A program made the translations under genes and the position numbers. Shown here in pieces: positions 1-11,500 of a stretch of DNA of 64,000 nt (position 1 is the stretch's first letter; each line of letters starts with the position of its first letter). The notes under the pieces are model-generated. The model worked only from the letters and a program-made list of their open reading frames with translations, was not told the DNA's origin and made no database searches. The DNA is from Asterias rubens (taxonomy: Eukaryota). The stretch spans positions 19,282,001-19,346,000 of the forward strand of contig NC_047065.1 of NCBI RefSeq assembly GCF_902459465.1, given 5' to 3'.

Positions 1-1090
1 GTTTGTGATTTTATAACGCTGCTGACCACGTGCATAATTATGTTCGACTTTTGAATGTTTGAAATTGATTGGTCAATCCCACCTGATGGATCTCAAATGG
101 GTGTCTAAGACTGGTCCGTGACTGTCTCTTCCCGAACTCGTCAAAATGTATTTCGGGCATAATCTGTGTTACGATAATAATAAACTATTTTATATGGCGC
201 TTCACGCTTAGTAAGACGAAAACAAGACACAGCGTACAAACAAAACCATACTGCCCAATTAATAAGCGTTTTTCTGTATTCATGTATTTTATTTACATAA
301 TGTTATTAAACGGATGTGTGGAAATCGTTGAGTGGAAAGCATCGACAATTCAAACTCGCTATTTTTAAACATGAGCAGATGTCAATAGCAATTAAGCGGA
401 TTATTGTCATGCCCATGGATATGTATTATTTTGATTAATGTGTAAAAAGCACTTTATGTTTGCGCAATACACTTACCCATATTTTATGTGGCTAGCGTCT
501 GGAGGTAGCAGAGCGCGACAGTACTTCCTGGTGCTCAGTGGGGTTTGACAGTACGTTATTGCTCAAGTAATTGAGTCGGTACTGAATAAGGAAGAAGAAG
601 AAGAAGACTAAGACATAATGGAGCCGATATGTATAAGTCTTAACCCGGCCTATTTAAAATGCTAGTAGAGGGTGTGGTTTAAAAGTGCGAATACATTTCC
701 TTTGCACTCACAGTATATAAAGCGAGTAGAAACATTTCAGTAGCATATGAAATAATAACTCCACAATCTCACTGAACTGTTACAGTTGCATAATTATATA
801 ACCCACTCTGAACCTGTCCTGGACAGCATCAATGCTAGGAGATTATAAACAATTCAAGATTCAAGATAGCTAGTAACTGTTGAGGATAAATCGCTCTTCA
901 GAAATTACAAACCATCTGATGAGCAACTGTCGACTCACTTGCGGTTATTACTTGTGAAATAACGCACATTATTCCAGATTTCCCAAACAGTCCATCGTAA
1001 TCGAAAACATACTTTAATACTCCTATTTGGCAATAATTATTGAGGCCTCGTATGTTGAAACTCGCACAAATCAGGGACTGAGTGATTAAT

Positions 1091-1310
1091 GGACCCTTCC
1101 CTTGAAATATGCTAATTACATTCACGCATGCGTACATACCCTGTTTGTTGGCAAACACCGTAGAGTTGTGCACTAAGCAGACGCGCAATCGCGTCTGCGT
1201 CACGCACCCATCAGCCGTGTACAAAACAGCGCGATGTTCCCTCATTTTGTCAAACAAAACGTTAGTGCGCACGCGATATGTGCAATTTACATATTTCATG
1301 GGAAGGGTCT
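1091..1310. mobile_element. MITE with about 22-bp TIR gacccttccc.tgaaatatg and inner hairpin gcagacgcg-caat-cgcgtctgc (1177-1198)
   Basis: Inverted ends seen directly; TSD unclear. Confidence 0.65.
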
Positions 1311-2063
1311 ATTGTTTAAGTTGCACTAAAACAAGAAAATAGGGTCAGGCGTTTTCGAGAAAAAAAAAATGGAGCTGTGACAGAATTGTTTTTTTTCTTC
1401 GTTTTTTCTTCGATAAGCTACTCACACACCATGAACTGCTTGGTTATCACTGCATGATAGGTAATCTCTTGAAGTGAATAGTTGTTTATTAGTTTTGAAC
1501 AGCACGTGCATACGAATAATATACACCACATTGATTTGAGATGGATGCCAGACTATGCCTGATCTCACACATTGGATAATGAGTATCCCGTGTGAATTGC
1601 GCAAAATGACACCACGTGCGTTTATCAGATTGCATGCATTTTATGCGCTCATGGCTAAATTCAAGGCAGTACAATGCAACGGGCGTTACGCTATTACACG
1701 AGTAGTGCATGCATTATAAAGTGTATTCATACATAATGACGTTTTGGTTGAACGTCCTGTGAGGGGTTAATCAGTCAAGTATGATTGAATGAATTTTCCT
1801 TCTATTTTTTTTGCAAATTAATTGAACCGATGGTATTGCTTAATGCATAAGGCATAACACGTGGTTGATAATGATCGAAAACAAAATAAATAAACTTATA
1901 TATGTAAATGTTTTTGGATTGTGGTAGCACCATGTGTGTGTCTACTTGCCAGGTAAAAATATGAACTTGAAATATAAAATTGTTAATGACATTGATTGCT
2001 GAATATCTTTCGTCTGCAGTATTCAAATGTACAATAATGTTTTTCAACATACTAATGCTTTAA

Positions 2064-2441
2064 AGACAATGGACACTATTGGTTATTGTCAAGACCAGTC
2101 TTCTCACTTGGTGTATCTCAACAGATGCATAAAATAACAAACCTGTGAAAATTTGAGCTCAATTGGTCGTCGAAGTTGCGAGATAATAATGAAAGAAAAA
2201 ACACCCTTGTCACACGAAGTTGTGTGTGTTTAGATGGTTGATTTCGAGACCTCAAGTTCTAAACTTGAGGTCTCGAAATCAAATTTCGTGGAAAATTACT
2301 TCTTTCTCGAAAACTACCTCACTGAAGAGGAAGCCGTTTCTTACAATGTTTTATACAATCAACCTCTCCCTATTACTCGTTACCAAGTTAGGTTTTATGC
2401 TGATAATCATTTTGGGTAATTACCAATAGTGTCCACTGGCT
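2064..2441 (+). mobile_element. Family A non-autonomous Kolobok-like DNA transposon, full copy (about 380 bp)
   Basis: TTAA both sides (2060-2063, 2442-2445); imperfect TIRs AG.CA.TGGACACTATTGGT.ATT; internal hairpin gatttcgagacctcaag/cttgaggtctcgaaatc. Confidence 0.85.
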
Positions 2442-3101
2442 TTAAGCAAGAATGTGAAATTCCACTACAACACGCGATTTTAAACAACCAATCTGCGGAT
2501 TTCCCGTACATACTTCACGTCGTTAAAACCACATAATGATACATAATACCTGCACTCTTCCAAATAATATAAAACACCTTCATAATTTGGACTTAATTAA
2601 ATTTTCCAGCGTCTAAAACATATCTAGTTTGAATTGACTGTCAAAATCATGTTTACTTCTGTTTTATACAAAGGTGTTTACCAATATCGAAGACACCTAT
2701 TCAGATAACATCACCCGTACTTTGATTAAATCGTAATACAAAAAAAATGTTGTACGTCAGCAAACTGTAATCAGCTACAAAGTGCGGTGTATTTATATCT
2801 CATATATTTATTTATAGATACAATGGGAGATTGATTTGATTATTTGAGTAATGGGTGGCAAGGTTTGGCAGGTTGCTTCATCCGATGTGGAGGTCAGAGG
2901 TCGGAAACCTTTCACGTCTTGGACTATCTGATTGAGTTGTTATTGGGTTGTTATAGCAGTGATAGACTATTAGCAGAGACAGTCCAGTTAGCAGATACAG
3001 ACGCGCGCCATTGGTTAACCTTGGGGTTCAATAGAGTACATTGTTTGCAACAGAAATACAATCGAACAAATTATTTTGTGAGAAAAGGTCGTGAAGAAGG
3101 A

Positions 3102-3545
3102 AACAACAACAACAACAACAACCACAACAACCACAACAACAACAACAACATCACGGTTTTAGAGCCAGATGTGGGGCAGCAGATATATTGATCAGAGTAA
3201 TAACTTTGCTACAAGTCCGGAAGTATTTTATGTATTGTATTGTATTGTATTGTTCCGATTGCTGAATAAATAACAATAATGTTATAAATACCATCAACAA
3301 CATTAGCAACAGCAACGACTTAAACAACAACGACTACGACGAAAAAACACACAAAATAAACACGTCAGTGACAACAAAAACAACAGCAACACCAACAATA
3401 TAACACAAATACAAAACACCAAAAAAAACAAAAAAAAAACACACAGCAGCAACAACACTAACAACAACACTAACTACAACAAAACAACAACAAAACAACA
3501 ACAACAAAATGGCAGAATAAACAAAAACAACGACTGCAACAAAAC
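3102..3545. repeat. (AAC)n microsatellite (3102-3150), short (TATTG)n, and degenerate AAC-rich tract (3270-3545)
   Basis: Seen directly; source of the poly-Asn in ORF 2844..3191. Confidence 0.9.
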
Positions 3546-4293
3546 ATTTTCCACACTAAACACACATTTCTCAAATGTTTATTTTCAACTTAATAACTGT
3601 CTGGTTTTACAAAATATAATTTATATTAATAGTCTCACGACGTAAACAATGTTCCAGGCGGAATTAATTTCAAATTAAATAAAGCGGTACCAGCACAAAA
3701 AATATTAAATTAAATTTCAAATTAGAAATCAATCACCCGATCCTTCATATTTATTCCAAACCAAATCAGTTATTCATTTTCTATAAACGGATGAAAGAAA
3801 ACCATTTACGTTTTTTTCCGATTACTGTGTTACCTCAGGAGAAATTCAACCCGTACTTTTCGAAAGTGAACGAATTCAAATGAAAAAAAAAAAAAATGAA
3901 TTTCCATATTGCTGAAACGTGATCTGCCGTGTTGGCGTCAGATATCGGATGCTATTATCATACACAGAATGCATAGCCTCACGTGACATTTGACCAAGCA
4001 CACCTAGCACCCTAAAAAGAAGAGCATTTTTCAAAAAGTGGAAAAAATAGGTAGAGGAAGAACGTGTTTAAACATTGAAAAACATATTTGTTTGTCGGTA
4101 TGTACGGATTCTTTACAGCCTTTTAATAAAAGGGGTTTAGCTATCAACAAAAAAAGACCATGAAGAAGGAGGGAAAACGGCTTGAAGTAATAACCATGTT
4201 AATGTATTGAGTTGTCGAAAGAGCCCTAACGATGAGACGAGTTTCGGCCCACGCGTTGTGTTTTGCGTTCGGAAATGCTGAACACAGCATAAA

Positions 4294-4631
4294 AGGCACT
4301 GGACACATTTGGTAATTGTCAAAGACCGGTATTGTAATTTCCAACATTATACATAAACTAACAAATCTGTGAAAATGTTGAGTCAATTGGTCATTTAAGT
4401 TGAAAGAGAATAATGAAAGAAAACCGAGCCTCGCTGCAGAAAGTGTGTGCTTTCGGATGACAATAGGAGCCTTAGGCCTGGTGTCTTTATTTGAGTAACA
4501 AATAAGAGGGACCCGTTTCTCACAATGTTTTATACTTTCAAAAGCTCTTCTATCTTGCATGTTACCAAGTAAGTTTTGTATGCTAACTATATTTTTTGAG
4601 TAATTACCAATAGTCCTATTGTCCTGAGCCT
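4294..4631 (+). mobile_element. Family A element, diverged copy
   Basis: aggcactggacacatttggtaattgtcaaagacc left end, gagtaattaccaatagt...gcct|ttaa right end. Confidence 0.75.
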
Positions 4632-6548
4632 TTAACGATATGGGTAGGACGAGTTTCGGCCCCCGCGTTATGTCTCGCGTACGGAAATGCTGGACACTAA
4701 CATTAAAATTTCGTGTGTTCAGATTCATATCCGGATTTGTTGTGATCACGTCACCATTAACAACAGTTCTGCATTGGCCTCTTCGTCAGGTTAAACATAA
4801 TGTTAGAGACAGACTCTGAGTAGCATCTGACCCAGAAATTGACCAGGCACCACGGAACTTGGAGTTTGTTGTTTATACTCAAGCAAAACTTCGTAAACCA
4901 ATCATAAGCTTACAACAACGCCATCCATAAAAACAAAACAGGCCTCAACATGATTGTGTAAAAAAACAAAAACAAATCCAGAGTGGTCTGATTCCTGTTG
5001 GTCACACAATGCACAAAATAGGGGTTCGGGAGACAAGTAGGGTGCCCGTCTATTCGTATAGACTAGCTCGTGAAAGGCAGCTGCAGGAGTCTAGTCCCAG
5101 GGATTTTTCGAGGAAACTAGAATCAATACACGTGACTCGGACGTGGATGTGCCGCGGTCTTTGATTTCAAACTGTTTGCCGGCACGGTCGACCTTTTAGC
5201 GCCAAGCCGCCCCTGCGAGGCAGATTTTAGACCATAACATCACTGTGAACCCTTCCACACGAAACAAGTTGAAAACACAACTTCGTTCTCCGTAACATAA
5301 ATAAACTAGTAATCACTGCACTTGGTTGCATACAATTTGCGTGTTCCAATTGCTTTGAGTGAGGAAAGGCCCTAATTGTCTATTATAAAATTGGACAAAC
5401 TTGATCGCTACCTAGACTATCATGCACCTCATTCCACAGCTTACGCATGCGCTCCGAGTATGAGTGGAGTAGTCCAGGGCACAATTTTAAAGAGCTGCTT
5501 ATAAGCACATAGAGTAGCTTAGCATAACAAAATTATGCTTACCAGATAACTACCATGCTGTCACATGTACCATTTGTTAGTGGTATCCTGCTCATGTCTG
5601 CTTAGCACAGTTGTTAAGCAGCTCTATGAAATTCAGCCCTTGCGTTGTATTGTAATTACTGGACACGAATCGACTGTTTGACCTGGGGGCCAAGGCTACT
5701 GCTCCAAATACACATGTCATGTCAGTAACTATAGCCAGCATTACAAGAACGATGACATCCTTTAACCAGCTTGCATAATGATCAGACAACTCAAATGTGG
5801 GTCACACTGCATGTGGGTAAGATATCTTTCTGAAAAGAGTGAGTGAAACATAAATGCACGATTTGTAATTTGAAAGGTTTCTGTAAACAAATTGGTAATA
5901 GTTTTTTTGAAAATGTTCACAGTTTCGTACAATCGTATAACCCGCTTGCATGGCCACCGAGGACTATGATTGGCTGAGAGCTGTGCGCAGTGCGTAAGCG
6001 TGTACATATTGAATGTCTTTAACCAAATATAGCGGTCATTTACGTCATGTGTAATCCACTTAAAAAATTGGGCATGCCGGAAAACTCCCCTTTAATTTGT
6101 TTTCACTTGAGATGATACCAATGTATAGTTTTGAGTGAAACAAATTTATTTCAATATCTCAAAACCTGATGTTTGATAAATATTTAAAACATTTTGACCA
6201 AACTCAGTATTTTGATAAATGGTCTTTATTTCACTGGGCAATGTTCTTGTGCCTTTAACGGTCGATCGATCTGAACTTTCACAGAGACCTGCAAGCTCAC
6301 TGACCGGGATGAACTCGGCCAACGCTTCCCACGCGCACTTTGATATTTATTAAAAGAAGACTCTGTGATTGATAATGTGTCACTTAAGTGGGGAACTTCG
6401 CAGGTTAATGCAAGTGCCTAATTACGATTGATTCGTATGCAGACATACAATATATTCGGGAGGGATGAATTGTTTAAAATTTACAAAGATATGAATAAAG
6501 AAAAACGTCTTATGAATCAAGGGAGAAAACTGTTGACTGCAGCTTTAA

Positions 6549-6915
6549 AGATTTTATGTCAGATTTTTGGGCCGATTTGCCCCAAATTTTTTGATTTAAA
6601 ATTCAATAGGTATCTTGATGGGGGTCGAGAAAGTTACAAGCTTTCTTGTGAGCCATTGATCGAAAAAGTCCGCTACTTATTAGTAGCAGTGAAATAAAGT
6701 GCTCAAAATTAGTTTTTGTCGGAATCCCGACAATATATCACGTGACCAATTCTTATGTGTTTAGTAAGAAGCGTTAAACAAAATTCATGGTTCCTGACAA
6801 TTAAAAGTAAAAATTTAACTTGTTTTCGTTAGAGCGGGTGATACTCTTTGAAATACCATTCACTCAAACAAATATATTTGTTAATGTTTTGGGCGAAAAA
6901 TCTGGCATAGAATCT
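6549..6915. mobile_element. Family H Kolobok-like element (single copy here)
   Basis: TTAA at 6545-6548 and 6916-6919; 20-bp TIR agattttatgtcagattttt versus aaaaatctggcatagaatct (2 mismatches). Confidence 0.75.
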
Positions 6916-8497
6916 TTAAATAAAGAGATGGCTATAAGGCGTATACACAACCCATAAACTGCTATACACAATCCATAAACTGCTATCGTCTTATCTTGTG
7001 TTGTTATAATATGTCCGGATAACAAAATAACGAGCATATTCTGCAGAAAGTGGCTCGAGGTATTATTGAACAAGGCTCCAGCTTCAGTTATTTCATTAAT
7101 GGTCGTCTGAAGATTCTTCTTTTTTTCTCAGTCTGACTGCTAATGCCTGCTGATGTATAAATGGATAGTCTGATTTATTTCTGTAAACCCGTCCATGTTG
7201 TGCTTCAATATCATACTTTCTTCCATATGACGATTTCGTGCATTGCTTTGACTACCCCCCCCCCCTCCGGAGCAACTGTTTCATATCACCCAGCACATCA
7301 TGTCGTAATGATTATTTACGTTGATCATAAATTATAAGCAACGCGTCTGGAAGCCAAGTAACACGAGTAGACTTTATGAGTATCAATGTTTACAGGCAAC
7401 TGTCCTTGTAAGTGCATGGAATGGATAGCCTGAAGTAGGCACGTCGTGGTGTCACGACTTTACACGATAAGTCTCACCTCTTCCGGGTCCCGGGACGGCG
7501 AGGCCCCAGACACCGGGTTATGTCTTCACCCGTGTCGTGCACTGATCCAGACTGGTTGTTATCCGCTGCAAAGTATCATAATCCTATACCTGGATCCTGA
7601 TAGGTTATTGTAAGCTACTAGCACGCGTTGGAATGTGCCTTCATCAGATTGGCCTGCTATCAGCAGTAGATAGCAGACGGTATCGTTATATGTTGACGCG
7701 CAATGTTCAAAGACTCCGCTACCCAGTTTAGTCCTATCCACTGGTCACGCTTGACTCTAATAACACTTTCTTCTGTCCTGATGATCACCCGTTAATAGTT
7801 GAGACATAACATGTGTTTAAAACATAATGTTGAAAATGCTGTAAGGTGTGCTCAGTGTACGAACATATGTTTTGGGAATTATTAACGGAGTGAGATCGGA
7901 TTTAGCTTTATCATGGCTGGGCGTAAGACCTTGACTGATTGTACACTTCATTTCCATGCCAGGCTGTTTTAAACTTAGGCCGTTCAAGGCACCTTTATAC
8001 CGTTCTAATAACGAGGTTCATTGCTCAACATAACCGCTGAAGGAGAACACCAAGTTAACAGACATTCATAAAACATTGTGTAAACAAAGTGTGCTTGCAC
8101 ATTAGTGTCTTTCTGGCAGGCAAGATAACGTAATACGCTTGGCCAAATATGGGTTAAGTCAATTTGTACCACCATAACCATCTAACTGGTGATTGAGCAC
8201 AACATATTGATACTTTTATCCAAAACAAAAAAACAAACAACTGTGCACACATTGGAGAGGAAAACAGTGTGTCAAAGTATAGGAACCTTTTTGGGGTGGA
8301 CAATGTCTGCCAAATATTGGGAATAGTTTATCTTTGGGCCACCATCTCCTATGAAATATGAAAACAATATTTTATTGTTTCTCGACCGAAGAATGCTATC
8401 CACTCAATTACAAAGCTTACACTATTGAAATGTCATGCGGATAGCTTCAATAACTATTTTGCGCCAATGTTTTTATATTATTTTTGCTGTATCACAG

Positions 8498-8589
8498 ATA
8501 ATCAAGAAGACGAATTCTACGAGAAAACGGTCGAGATAGATGGCCAGATTACATCGCTACATATCTTAGATACACCCTCTTACGGCCAG
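8498..8589 (+). CDS. RGK: RGK GTPase internal exon (switch I to G3): (D)NQEDEFYEKTVEIDGQITSLHILDTPSYGQ
   Basis: Acceptor tttttgctgtatcacag at 8497, donor CAG|GTAAAA at 8590; phase 1 in, phase 0 out; resembles Gem DTYERTLMVDGESATIILLD. Confidence 0.85.
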
Positions 8590-11500
8590 GTAAAATTCAA
8601 TTATGAATCTTTCTTTTAAATATATATTCACCATGCTCCATCCATCTGTATGGAGCTGCTTAAATGCATCCATTATGCCTATTGCTTAGCAGAAATTATA
8701 CATGACATGGGCCCAATTCGGCTTAAGCAAATAAGTAAGCTGAACAAAACAAAATTATGCTAACCAGAATGAGGTTTACCAGCCAAACTACAGTGTTACA
8801 TGAACAATGTGTGACTGGTATCTTGCTCATTATCGCTAAGCTGCTATATTTTGAGCAGTATTTTGTGCTAAATCAGCTCTGTGAAACTGGGCCAAGGTGT
8901 TTTGGCTGTGAAATATGGACACTTTGACAGCTGGTTCTTAAATCAATACTGAAACATGATCACTTTAATCTAAAGAAGACTTAGTTCTGCATGCCTCGCG
9001 GGTATAAACCCTCACCTTTCGGGAGTTTTTAGCGCACCATTTCACTTCTTTTGTACAAAATGCTTTCCAGATAAAGTTTTACTCTGCGCTAATGGATGCC
9101 ATAACCTAATCAGAGAAAACTCACCTCCCGCAAGGCAAGATGCATTTAAACATTTTGTTCGTTAGCCGTCTCGACAGGAATTCCGCCACTAATGTTCCGG
9201 TTGGCGACAACATTGCAATGAAAACCCCGTCGTCCAAAATGTTTCCCTCTCTGTGTCTTGCTCTCTCGTTCCCAGTTTCTATGGGGGAAACTCTATTAAA
9301 GAAACTGGAAACTATTGACAATTAACTAAATCAACATTTTATATTAGCATAAAAACTTACTCGGTATTTAACGAGCAGTAGAGAGCTGTTGATAAAATAC
9401 ATCATTGTGAGAAACTGCTCCCACGTAGTTTTTGGAGCAAGTATTATTTCTCACTCAATGAAAACTTAAGGGCCTTCATGATCAGTTGAAGTCTCTTTTT
9501 TATTTGAGTGAGAAATAACCTCTTTCTCAAAAACTACGTCACTTCAGATGTAGCCGTTTCTCACAGAATGTTTTATACTATCAACCTCTCTCATTGCTCG
9601 TTGTACCATGTATGCTATTATGCTAACCATTATTTTGAGTAATTACCAATAGTATCCAATGCCTTTAAACTCAACAAATCCAGCTTTGTTCATCATCATC
9701 ATCATCAATATCATCATCAATATCTTCTTCATCTTCTTTCTCTTTCTTCTTCTAACTCCTCTTTCTTATTCACACCTTCTGAAGGCTGCCTTCGAGGATA
9801 AGGAAGAGCAGTATCTCTCGGCCGGGGATGCCTACCTCCTCGTCTACTCTGTTACGGACCGGCGAAGCTTCAAGAAGGCCAATGAACTCCGGTTTAAACT
9901 CCAACGGAGCAAAGAGACCGAAACAGTTCCAATCATCCTCGTAGGCAATAAGACGGATCTAGAGCGGTCCAGGGAGGTTTCATTCGCAGGTAAGGGTTGT
10001 TATGGTTACTGGAGAGGCAAAATTAAATAATGCATGAGCAAAACTATATTTGTTGTTTGGATTGTTGCCTCGCGTTTTCTCCAGTTTCATATTGGGGTCA
10101 GCCCCTCTTTCAATTCAATTCATATTTATTTCCATACTTTCAAAAACACAGCATTACATGATTCATATTGTTATAGCGAACAGAGTAGTTTAAAGCCATT
10201 GGACACTTTCGGAACAGAAAAAGAGTTCACAGATTTACAAATAACTTACAGGGTTGACAGAAGGTAATGGTGAAAGATATCGAGAATTACAGATTTATTT
10301 TAAACACATGTCATGACACGGTGAAACGTTCAGAAACAAGGGTGGGTTTTCCCTTTTTTTTTTCCAACTCCGATGACCGATTGAGCCTAACCTTTCACAG
10401 GTTTGTTATGTTATATATAAGTTGTGATACATGAAGTGTGGGCCTTTGGACAATACCATTTACCGAATGTGTCCAATGGCTTTGAGGATTTTACAGTCAA
10501 AGAAAAGGAACATTATGGAGGTCGTGAGACATAGACTTTCGAGATACTTTTTATATTTCCAGCTTTGTCCGCCTACGAGGGAAAAAAGGTAAATTAAATC
10601 ATACAAGTCACAACTTAAACTATTCGAAAATAATTGGCTATTCGAAGACAAAACTCAATTCCTGTCGTTAGTTAACATCAAAATCCCTAAAAAAAAAATA
10701 ACAGCGAAAGCGTTGAACCTGGAGAGAAAAATATAAAAAGGTTATTCATTATTTTAATGCTTGCAGTATGGTAATTACAACACCGATAATCTATGTATTA
10801 AAATCCGTGTAGCTTTCTCGTTGCAAATAAGCTAGTGGGTGTCGGCTAAAAATACAAACACACAGCCATAATTTTACTCCCGATTTAAAAACATATTCAT
10901 GGAAAAAGCCCCCTGAATTTTTTCTGTATAAACTATCCTACCTACGCTTTTTTCTATTTTGAATTGTTAAATTTCTATTTTGATGCCATAATTAAAGTCA
11001 CCTGGAAATATAATTTTTTTTTCTTTCAAACATAAGAGTATATGCTTACGAACAATAAAACAATTTTTTTAGTAATTGTTTGTCACGATTTATATGTTTA
11101 AAAAATATATAAAGTTGTTTGGGGGGCTGACTCCGCCTACCCCTTTTGTGACGTCAATCGAGGCAGACTTTGTCTGCAATGCGTATAGTAAACACACGTG
11201 CAAAGTACATGTACGTCCAAGTCGTGAGTTGGTACATTTCAAAAAGTGTATTTCTGCATTCAGCAGCAATACACCTGGTCGGCATTGCCGGAAAAAAACA
11301 CAATTTCTTTTTTTGAAACGTACAAACTCACGACTTGGTCCGTACATGTACTTTGCAACTGTGTTTACTCTACGCATTACAGGCAAAGTCTGCCTCGATT
11401 GACGTCACGAACAGCGCCCTCTCGGGTCGGGGTCTACTCATAAATTTGTAAATAACATAAGAACTGATTTTTTTAAAACCTTAGTTAACTGTTTATTCAC

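Noticed and set aside
2844-3191. 115-aa ORF with poly-Asn
   Set aside because: The poly-Asn is the (AAC)n microsatellite; no G1 motif, so not the missing RGK exon.
4144-4749. 201-aa minus-strand ORF
   Set aside because: Runs through a decayed family A copy and the flanking direct repeats; no domain resemblance.
7620-7650. Minus-strand CTGATGAAGGC...CCAACGCGT, hammerhead-like
   Set aside because: Lacks GAAA and has no stem I pairing or valid cleavage triplet.
1-8497. Search for the RGK G1 (GxxGVGKS/T) exon
   Set aside because: VGK-encoding words near 1147 and 5812 lack the preceding Gly or hit stops; the 5' exons probably lie upstream of the window.
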